IMG/VR virus record: IMGVR_UViG_3300043447_000395
Coordinates: 40,090 to 104,089 of that record
Strand: one strand, 5' to 3'
Origin: a virus
Lineage: Duplodnaviria > Caudoviricetes
DNA length: 64,000 bases
The translations under genes and the position numbers were made by a program. The notes below the pieces were generated by a model that ran no database searches, was not told where the DNA came from, and saw nothing but the letters and a program-made list of their open reading frames with translations. Below, in pieces: positions 50,748-58,151 of this stretch (its first letter is position 1; the number at the start of each line of letters is the position of its first letter).

Positions 50748-51342
50748 TGTTAAAGAAAACCCTAAAATTAAAAGAAGGGTTTATATCTGTATAAATATTT
50801 GAAAAGTTGGATTTACATACAATTCCCTTGAAATTAGTTATATTTTCCATATAACCTTGTGACGGGACTGTCTGTTTGTATATATCATGGGTTGAACATA
50901 TGTGTGAACATAGTTCAGATAATGAATTTAATTGAGTTTCATTGTACTTGTCCCAAAAATGATAGTTTCTCCAAGTTCTGATATAAGGTTCAGCACGATA
51001 TGGGTCTCCAATCCAATTATTAAGGACACCAGTGATGGTATTCTTGTTTAACCAACCCAAGTTCTCAATTGCAACTTTAACCATTTTACGGTCAAGTTTG
51101 GGGTTATAAAACGTATCGGAACTATAGTTCGAATCAAACAATTGGTAAACCATACCAAGTTTGGATACCACGAAATGTGGGATATCAGAATAAGTACCAT
51201 TTTTACGATATTTGATTTTGTTGACAAAATCATCAACTCTTCTTTGAGTATCGTATAATAGTATTTGTGTTTTTTTGGTTTTTCTCTTGTGGATGTTTAA
51301 TGTACCCTTATCGATTGTTTCTATATCGTGTATTACCAACAT
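50719..51342 (-). CDS. N-acetylmuramoyl-L-alanine amidase-like protein, apparently lacking Zn ligands
   Basis: PHFVVSKLG.VYQLF, VAIENLG, Y.ETQLNSL.EL, DINP follow the Amidase_2 layout. Confidence 0.6.
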   Translation of the reverse strand: MLVIHDIETIDKGTLNIHKRKTKKTQILLYDTQRRVDDFVNKIKYRKNGTYSDIPHFVVSKLGMVYQLFDSNYSSDTFYNPKLDRKMVKVAIENLGWLNKNTITGVLNNWIGDPYRAEPYIRTWRNYHFWDKYNETQLNSLSELCSHICSTHDIYKQTVPSQGYMENITNFKGIVCKSNFSNIYTDINPSFNFRVFFNNANENEKSI

Positions 51343-51580
51343 TTTTAACTAAAAATTTAGGTGCGATAGGTTCGGGTAGTGTTGGTATTATTTCCTCTTC
51401 TGAGGTCGGTATTATTATTTTATCGTTCTCTAAATCATAAATCACTTGGTTTGGATTTACATCATCTTTTTCCCAATATAAATCTTCTTCTTTAGATTCT
51501 ACTGATTTTGACGTTAGATCCTCCGTAGGGTTTGTTATTGACAAATTGGAGTCCTCCTCTGACTCTGTTGTTATTGTCAA
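51308..51580 (-). CDS. Acidic ORF, probably a frameshift extension of 51577-53109
   Basis: TTG start only; lies in the -1 frame just after an A10 run. Confidence 0.45.
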   Translation of the reverse strand: MTITTESEEDSNLSITNPTEDLTSKSVESKEEDLYWEKDDVNPNQVIYDLENDKIIIPTSEEEIIPTLPEPIAPKFLVKNVGNTRYRNNR

Positions 51581-53109
51581 GAATTTTTTTTTTCATCTTC
51601 ATTTTCTGAAGATGTATCCTCTACGTTTGGTTGTTCGTTCAAAAATTCATCAGGAAGTTGTCCTTCTTCAAAAGTTAATACTGGTTCGTTGTCGATTGCT
51701 TCATCAACCGGTATATTGAATTGTTCGTCTTCTTGAAAAAGGTCTGAGGGAATTGGTTCTATAGTGGAAAAATTTTGTTCTATTTCCTCTTCAGTCGGTT
51801 CTTCTTGAAAAACATCAATTAACTCCTCTTCAGTGAAGAAAGGTTCTTCATCTTCTAAACCATCCATTAATGTTACATCCCAATCACTAAAATCTTCATC
51901 AACATATTCCGCCTCGTAAACTTTTAACTTTTCGTCCATGTCTTTAAGTCTTTGTGACATGTCGTCGTCATTTTCTTTCTCACCAACTACCAATGGTTTA
52001 AAATTTCTTTCTTTAAAAACGATTTGAGTTTCTTCTCTTGTTACTGGTGTTTCGTTAACTATTTCTTCTTTTACAAGTGGATTATCGAACGGTTCTTCAT
52101 ATAGACCTAACTCTTGGTCTAGTTGCATCATTTCAGATAATAATTCTCCTCGTCTTTTATATTCATCGGAAAAATCGACATTAACATCTTTATATCTCTC
52201 TTTTACCTCTTCACTATATCTTTCAGCTGCTTCTTTTAATTTTTCATTAGGAAAAGGTGGATTTAATAATACTTCTTCAAGTTTCTTTAAATCATCTTCA
52301 CTTAAATGTAATCTTGATGACTCATCGACAAAATCTTTTAAGTCTTCAGGTTTTGATTCTTCCTCTTCTTTCTTCCGACCATTCATAGTAAGTTGATTGA
52401 AGGATATAATCAAAGCAACTGCTAATGGGTCAAATACTATAACAATTAATATGATAAAAAATTTAACAACCGAATTCAATTCAACACCAAACGCTTCGGC
52501 AACAAATCTAAAACCACCAACTTCTTTTTCTATTGAGATGTTATCGGTTTTAATTTTATTTATTGAGTCATTCTCGGAGGCATTTTCTTTTTGGAGTATT
52601 GCAATTCTATCGTTTAACTTAGATATTTGTTTATCTCTGTTATCTACGGAACGTAGTAAACGTGAATTGACTTTACCGTTGTCTAATATCTTACCTTGGT
52701 TAGTATTTGATTCGGTAATTTGAGTTGATAGTTGTTTGATTTGATCTTCATTCTGTTTAATTTTAGTAGAGTGTACCAAAATTTCTCTATCAACTTGTTG
52801 TAATTGTAAGTTCTGTTGTTGGAAGGCGTTTGATAAATAACCAAAAATACCTGCTGATGTGATTAACATTAAAATGGCAACCGCAGATGTTAAATACCAT
52901 TTGTTAAGTCCACCAATTTCAGACCATTTTTGTTTTAAATAAGTTGCAGTTACAAGTTTAGCAAATTCCAATGAAGCTGCCATTACCATTACAGCAATCG
53001 CAGCACCACTAAATAAAACACCTAAACCTGTTACTGAAAAATAAGCAGCACTACCTGCAATTAATATTGCGGATATGGCCACAAGATATTTTAACCAATT
53101 ATCATTCAT
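51577..53109 (-). CDS. Multi-pass membrane protein with coiled coil and acidic tail
   Basis: 3 N-terminal TMs, coiled coil, IVFDPLAVAL TM, Glu/Asp-rich C-terminus; TATTTATA at 53117-53124. Confidence 0.75.
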   Translation of the reverse strand: MNDNWLKYLVAISAILIAGSAAYFSVTGLGVLFSGAAIAVMVMAASLEFAKLVTATYLKQKWSEIGGLNKWYLTSAVAILMLITSAGIFGYLSNAFQQQNLQLQQVDREILVHSTKIKQNEDQIKQLSTQITESNTNQGKILDNGKVNSRLLRSVDNRDKQISKLNDRIAILQKENASENDSINKIKTDNISIEKEVGGFRFVAEAFGVELNSVVKFFIILIVIVFDPLAVALIISFNQLTMNGRKKEEEESKPEDLKDFVDESSRLHLSEDDLKKLEEVLLNPPFPNEKLKEAAERYSEEVKERYKDVNVDFSDEYKRRGELLSEMMQLDQELGLYEEPFDNPLVKEEIVNETPVTREETQIVFKERNFKPLVVGEKENDDDMSQRLKDMDEKLKVYEAEYVDEDFSDWDVTLMDGLEDEEPFFTEEELIDVFQEEPTEEEIEQNFSTIEPIPSDLFQEDEQFNIPVDEAIDNEPVLTFEEGQLPDEFLNEQPNVEDTSSENEDEKKNS

Positions 53110-53115
53110 AAGTTA

Positions 53116-53931
53116 TTATAAATAGTTTAATAGGTCAAAACTCTCGTTTCTGAGTTTTTTTATTGCCTTATCACGTAGTTGTCTGATACGTTCTTTTGTA
53201 CATCCGAATTCTTCTCCAAGGTCTTCTAAGTTAGATTCTGTACCGGTTAAACCAAAATATCTTTCGATAATTGTTTTTTCTCTATCGTCTAAAACACCTA
53301 ACATCATGTTCACCTTTTTCTTAATTTCTTCAGGTGAATTTAAAATTGCGTCAGGTCTTTCTGCGTCTTTATTTGGAATCACATCAATCAATTGGTCTCC
53401 CTCTTCATTAATCTCACGGTATAAACCAATACAATATGGTAATGTGGTTCCTATTGGTGTGCTACTATTCTCATCTTCGATGTAGAATTTATCTTCAACA
53501 CTAACTTCTTGCTTTTTTTGTTTTTGTGCATCTTGAACAAGATTAGATGGAATTCTAATTGTTCTTGCGTTTTCATTTAAAGATGCTATGATTGATTGTC
53601 TAACCCACCACACAGCGTATGAAATAAATTTCAATCCACTTGTTGGGTCAAATCTTTCTGATGCTTTTATTAAACCTAAATTTCCTTCAGAAATTAAATC
53701 TAATAAATCTAATCCTTGATTTTGATATGATTTGGCAACTGATATAACGAATCTTAAATTACCGACAACTAACTCATTGAAGAGTTCGTGTTTTTCAGAT
53801 TTTGTGATATCTTTTTTTTGTAATTGAAGAAAAATTTCTTCTTGTCTTTCGTGAGAGATTACTGGTATTTTACGAAGATCCTTGATGTAGTGTTGGATTT
53901 CGTCACCATTAATTAGAATAGATTTTTTCAT
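53116..53931 (-). CDS. RNA polymerase sigma-70 factor (RpoD/SigA-like, Bacteroidota type)
   Basis: NLRFVISVAK.YQNQG, DLISEGNLGLIKA.ERFD, KFISYAVWWVRQSI, TKERIRQ. Confidence 0.92.
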   Translation of the reverse strand: MKKSILINGDEIQHYIKDLRKIPVISHERQEEIFLQLQKKDITKSEKHELFNELVVGNLRFVISVAKSYQNQGLDLLDLISEGNLGLIKASERFDPTSGLKFISYAVWWVRQSIIASLNENARTIRIPSNLVQDAQKQKKQEVSVEDKFYIEDENSSTPIGTTLPYCIGLYREINEEGDQLIDVIPNKDAERPDAILNSPEEIKKKVNMMLGVLDDREKTIIERYFGLTGTESNLEDLGEEFGCTKERIRQLRDKAIKKLRNESFDLLNYL

Positions 53932-53979
53932 CTTAGTAAGTTTAACTAGTTTAGGTAGTACTAAAATAGATAAAAAATC

Positions 53980-54438
53980 TCAATTTTCAAAATTGTCGAG
54001 GAAGTTTTTTTCTTCTGACGTTAAACTCTCCACACCCATCTGTTTAATTTTATCTAACAGTTGGTCCAAATCCATTATTTCATTTGATTTAGATGGTTTA
54101 TCGTACTCAACCTTTACTATTTGATTTTCAGTTGAAGGTTTAAAAATGAAGTTTTTCACTTCCATAGGAAGGTGTGCAGTAACTAAACTGTGTCTATCAA
54201 ACATAAAATAAAATTTAATATTATCATCTATCAAGACTGTAAACATTTCCTTTGAAAGTGTTGTATAATCTAAGTCAGATTCAAATATTACTATTATGTT
54301 TTGAGTGTTTTCAATTACGTAACGAACGGTAGTTATAAATGGTAGGTCTCCAATAACATCGGTGCAGAAATATTCTACATCTTCATGGTCCTCAAACATA
54401 CCAAAAATAAATAATATGAATGTTTTTGATTTATCCAT
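53980..54438 (-). CDS. Hypothetical protein
   Basis: C-terminal LDQLLDKI...G.ESLT.EEK.FL (DUF6576-like tail). Confidence 0.6.
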   Translation of the reverse strand: MDKSKTFILFIFGMFEDHEDVEYFCTDVIGDLPFITTVRYVIENTQNIIVIFESDLDYTTLSKEMFTVLIDDNIKFYFMFDRHSLVTAHLPMEVKNFIFKPSTENQIVKVEYDKPSKSNEIMDLDQLLDKIKQMGVESLTSEEKNFLDNFEN

Positions 54439-54448
54439 TATGATAAAT

Positions 54449-55093
54449 TTATCTAAATTTAAGTTTCCAATATACTCCTCCTGCTAAAAACGGTTGTAAT
54501 GAACCGTTAGTTCCTTGGTCGTCAACTCTATTTGTGACACCAACACCTATTTTATATAAATGTCTATCATCTTTATTTTTAAATAACATACTCAATCCCA
54601 TGATATTCACAACGTTAGGTTTATCAAATTTCGCATCGACACCAAAATATATCTCGGTTTTTCTAGGTATTTGTGTATAAACAGTGTCTTTAACTATCAT
54701 TCGTTTTACGTCTGCAATAAATTTACGATTAACTATTGTATTATTCGCAATAGTATCAGTAATTGTCACAGTTCCTTGATTATTTGGTAACTTTAATACG
54801 TCCTTATATTGTACTTTGGTGAAATGTGTTTTAATGATTTCAGCAGTATCAACGGGTTGTACAACTGGTACTTCTATTCTTTTTTCTACGGGTACTTCGA
54901 CAGGAACCTCAACTTCTACTTCTACCTCGACTAAACTATCCACAGGGATAGTATCATGTACCGCATATGGGATTGAATCTACTTTTAAAAGGGTTCTATG
55001 TGGCATAAATCCTTTTGGGTTCACAAATTCAATAATTGCAATTCCAAGTAATAATAAAATTATAATGTGTCTAACATCTAAAATTTTCTTCAT
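54449..55093 (-). CDS. Membrane-anchored protein with beta-strand C-terminus (possible lysis/outer-membrane protein)
   Basis: N-terminal TM, VEV repeats, C-terminal amphipathic beta strands ending GGVYWKLKFR. Confidence 0.55.
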   Translation of the reverse strand: MKKILDVRHIIILLLLGIAIIEFVNPKGFMPHRTLLKVDSIPYAVHDTIPVDSLVEVEVEVEVPVEVPVEKRIEVPVVQPVDTAEIIKTHFTKVQYKDVLKLPNNQGTVTITDTIANNTIVNRKFIADVKRMIVKDTVYTQIPRKTEIYFGVDAKFDKPNVVNIMGLSMLFKNKDDRHLYKIGVGVTNRVDDQGTNGSLQPFLAGGVYWKLKFR

Positions 55094-55515
55094 TATTTAA
55101 GAATGTATAATGTCGATGTTATTACTGCAACTCCAATTCCAAGAATTGAACCTGCTTTATAAAACTTAGTCTTAAATTGTTGTACTTTAAGTTCTCTTTG
55201 TAAGTCCTTAGCCATATTATCGTAAAGACTGATTTGTTCATCTTTCTTTACGATAATCGTATTAAGATTTACTATCTTTTGTTCTTTAAGTGAATCCTTT
55301 TGAATATACATACCAATTTGACCTTTCTGTAAGTCAATTACTTTATTGGCTTCAACCAATTCGGCTTTAGCTCCGTCTCCTTGAAGTAAGTCCTTAATGA
55401 CTAACTTTGCTGTCGGTACTTTTAAGGGTACTATCGAGTCCGTTTTCGTAACGGTCTGAGAAAAACTTGATAAGGTCGTGAATAGTATAATCGTTAACAG
55501 CAGTAACTTTTTCAT
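55093..55515 (-). CDS. Exported coiled-coil protein with C-terminal TM (spanin-like partner)
   Basis: Signal peptide MKKLLLL...SFSQ, coiled coil, hydrophobic C-terminus. Confidence 0.55.
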   Translation of the reverse strand: MKKLLLLTIILFTTLSSFSQTVTKTDSIVPLKVPTAKLVIKDLLQGDGAKAELVEANKVIDLQKGQIGMYIQKDSLKEQKIVNLNTIIVKKDEQISLYDNMAKDLQRELKVQQFKTKFYKAGSILGIGVAVITSTLYILK

Positions 55516-55777
55516 GTGTTTGATTTTTAATGATAGTTATGTTTTTATTTACGTTGGTGATATCTCCCTCAACTTTGTTGATTTCGTTATCTACGTTTGC
55601 AATATGGTCATCTAAAATTTTGTTCTCGTTTTGGACAGAATCTATTTCATTCTGTAATGAGTCAATCTTACGATAGTAACCTGCAACGTCTGTTTTAATT
55701 GAATTAGCTTGGAATAAGCTGTAAAGAGCAATTGCACCAACAATCAAAACAAGAATTAAGGTTTTATTTATCTTCAT
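55394..55777 (-). CDS. N-terminally anchored coiled-coil protein (i-spanin-like)
   Basis: N-terminal TM then heptad repeats; overlaps the next gene by 122 nt. Confidence 0.55.
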   Translation of the reverse strand: MKINKTLILVLIVGAIALYSLFQANSIKTDVAGYYRKIDSLQNEIDSVQNENKILDDHIANVDNEINKVEGDITNVNKNITIIKNQTHEKVTAVNDYTIHDLIKFFSDRYENGLDSTLKSTDSKVSH

Positions 55778-55790
55778 ATCTACTTTTTAT

Positions 55791-55798
55791 TATAAATA
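55791..55798 (-). promoter_or_regulatory. Putative late promoter TATTTATA
   Basis: Recurrent octamer, immediately after the clpP terminator. Confidence 0.5.
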
Positions 55799-55803
55799 TA
55801 AAG

Positions 55804-55824
55804 AAGGGGACTTTTAGTCCCCTT
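55804..55824 (-). terminator. Intrinsic terminator after clpP
   Basis: AAGGGGAC-TTTTA-GTCCCCTT inverted repeat. Confidence 0.7.
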
Positions 55825-55830
55825 TTACCT

Positions 55831-56505
55831 TTATTTCTTCTTTTTAACTATCTCATCAATAATTCCGTAGGATAGAGCCTCTTCAGCCCCTAACCATAAA
55901 TCTCGGGATGCGTCATTCTTAACGGTTTCCGCAGATTTACCACAATAACCACCTAATAATTCAAATAAAGTGTCGTTAATCTTTTCCCACTCAGCAAATG
56001 TGATACGAGCGTCTTGGATATTACCACCCGCACCTCCTGATGATTGGTGTAACATTGTACGTGAGAATCGTAATGATCCACGTTTACCCTTAGTACCCGC
56101 ACCTAATAGAACTGAACCCATGGATGCTGCCATTCCCGTGTTGATTGTACGGATGTCGGAACTAATGTATTCCATTACATCTACCATTGATAAACCTGAT
56201 TTAACAGACCCACCAGGACTGTCGATATGCATTGTAATATCATTATGGTCTAAGCTGTCCAAGAACATTAATTGAGCTTGTACGATAGTTGACATATGGT
56301 CGTTTACCTCACCCGCAACCCATATGATACGTTCCATCATCAAACGAGAGAATACGTCCATAATAGTCACATTCATACTTCTTTCCTCAAGAATGTACGG
56401 TGTTAAACTATTCTCAACTCTTTTATTGTAGTTGTGTAAGTTTAGGGAACTAATACCGTGGTCTTTAGCGTATAGACCGAAATCTTTGAATTCGTTTGGA
56501 GTCAT
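55831..56505 (-). CDS. clpP: ATP-dependent Clp protease proteolytic subunit
   Basis: LTPYILEER..MDVFSRLMM.RII, SPGGSV, AASMG (Ser), MLHQ (His), RDLW (Asp). Confidence 0.95.
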   Translation of the reverse strand: MTPNEFKDFGLYAKDHGISSLNLHNYNKRVENSLTPYILEERSMNVTIMDVFSRLMMERIIWVAGEVNDHMSTIVQAQLMFLDSLDHNDITMHIDSPGGSVKSGLSMVDVMEYISSDIRTINTGMAASMGSVLLGAGTKGKRGSLRFSRTMLHQSSGGAGGNIQDARITFAEWEKINDTLFELLGGYCGKSAETVKNDASRDLWLGAEEALSYGIIDEIVKKKK

Positions 56506-56526
56506 ATAAGTTTATTTTGTATGGTA

Positions 56527-56534
56527 CAAATATA
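56527..56534 (-). promoter_or_regulatory. Bacteroidota-type -7 box TATATTTG for clpP
   Basis: Exact TAnnTTTG, 21 nt upstream of the ATG. Confidence 0.5.
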
Positions 56535-56557
56535 CGAAATATATTCCAAATAAAAAA

Positions 56558-56586
56558 TTGACAGTGTTATTTATTTTTTCTATACT
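56558..56586 (+). promoter_or_regulatory. Canonical sigma-70 promoter TTGACA-17-TATACT
   Basis: -35 at 56558-56563, -10 at 56581-56586; predicted +1 near ATG 56593. Confidence 0.65.
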
Positions 56587-56592
56587 TTGATT

Positions 56593-57375
56593 ATGAAGAT
56601 AACTGTAATTGGTGAATTATGTGAGGACATTTTTGTGTATGGTGAAACAAAAAGATTGAGTCCTGAAGCACCTGTACCTGTTTTTAACCCATTTTATGTG
56701 GATAAAAACCCAGGAATGGCCGGAAATGTTGTGGAAAACCTAAAACCTGAGGACTTAGATGTTGAAATCAATTTTATACATCAATCACAAAAAATATCAA
56801 AAACAAGATATGTTGACTATAAGTCTAATCACATGTTTATTAGGGTTGATGAAGGTGAAAACAATGTTGAACCATTGAAATTGACCGACGAGATTATTGA
56901 CCAAATCAAAGAATCTGACGCTGTTATTATCAGTGACTACAATAAGGGATTCCTAAATGAGAGTATTTTATATGAAATCACATACCATTCTCGATTTACC
57001 ATTATGGATACTAAAAGGTGGATATCTGAAAAATTAGTACCCAACTTTAATTTCATAAAATTGAATGAAGTCGAATATACTAATTTTGATAGTTATGTCA
57101 AAATATTACATTCTAACAAATTAATTGTAACTTTGGGTTCAAAGGGTGCAATGTATATGAACGAACTATTCCCATCTACCGACCCTAAAGAAACAATTGA
57201 TGTGAGTGGTGCTGGTGATACATTTACCGCGTCTTTCACATTAAAGTATTTGGAAACTAAAAATATAAAAGAATCAATTGTTCACGCCAATGAGATGGCT
57301 GCAATTGTAGTATCAAAAAGAGGAGTATCAACCCCATGGAAAAAGCAATTATCACTGGATCAAAAGGATTCATAG
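56593..57375 (+). CDS. D-glycero-beta-D-manno-heptose-7-phosphate kinase (HldE/RfaE domain I, PfkB family)
   Basis: RLSPEAPVPV, ISDYNKG, DVSGAGDT; kinase domain only. Confidence 0.85.
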   Translation: MKITVIGELCEDIFVYGETKRLSPEAPVPVFNPFYVDKNPGMAGNVVENLKPEDLDVEINFIHQSQKISKTRYVDYKSNHMFIRVDEGENNVEPLKLTDEIIDQIKESDAVIISDYNKGFLNESILYEITYHSRFTIMDTKRWISEKLVPNFNFIKLNEVEYTNFDSYVKILHSNKLIVTLGSKGAMYMNELFPSTDPKETIDVSGAGDTFTASFTLKYLETKNIKESIVHANEMAAIVVSKRGVSTPWKKQLSLDQKDS

Positions 57376-58151
57376 GTCGAAATTTATTAAACGAAATAAA
57401 AGATAAGTTTGAAATTTTAGAAATCAATGAAGATTTTTTTGACAAACCTAATTGGTATGATGAGATTTTCTTTGCATTGAATAATTTTGAACCTGACGTT
57501 ATATTCCACGTTGGTGCATGTTCCGATACATTAGAGACCGATGTGAATTACATGATGACAAGAAATTATGAATTTACTCGTTGTCTATCTGATTGGGCAA
57601 AAGAGTTTAAAGTAAAATTAATATATTCTTCTTCAGCCGCGAATTACGGTACTAACAATGTTTACCCATCTAATTTATATGGTTGGAGTAAGTATGTTGC
57701 TGAACAATATGTAATTAGTAATGGTGGAATTGCTTTACGTTACTTTAATGTGTACGGTCCGTTAGAAAGTCATAAAGGTAAAATGGCATCAGTGGCACTT
57801 CAAATGATACAGAAACAAAAAGAAGGACAAGAGATTAAATTATTCCCGTTAAAACCTAAACGTGATTTTGTTTACGTTAATGATGTGGTTAGTGCAAATT
57901 TATATGCTGTAGAAAAATACGAAGAAAATGCTGGTGATTACTATGAAGTAGGTAGTGGTAAAGCCAGAACTTTTGAAGATGTATTAGATATTATAGGGAT
58001 TGAATATTCTTACTATGATGAAACTGACATCCCAAATGGTTATCAGTTTCATACTGAAAGTAAGCCATACAAATGGTTATTCGGATGGGAATCTAAATGG
58101 AGTTTAGAGGATGGTTTAAATGACTACCTTAATTTCCTAAACAACCTATGA
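57336..58151 (+). CDS. hldD: ADP-L-glycero-D-manno-heptose 6-epimerase
   Basis: TGSKGFIG, GACSDT, YSSSAA.YG, NLYGWSK, RYFNVYGP.E.HKG.MAS. Confidence 0.85.
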   Translation: MEKAIITGSKGFIGRNLLNEIKDKFEILEINEDFFDKPNWYDEIFFALNNFEPDVIFHVGACSDTLETDVNYMMTRNYEFTRCLSDWAKEFKVKLIYSSSAANYGTNNVYPSNLYGWSKYVAEQYVISNGGIALRYFNVYGPLESHKGKMASVALQMIQKQKEGQEIKLFPLKPKRDFVYVNDVVSANLYAVEKYEENAGDYYEVGSGKARTFEDVLDIIGIEYSYYDETDIPNGYQFHTESKPYKWLFGWESKWSLEDGLNDYLNFLNNL

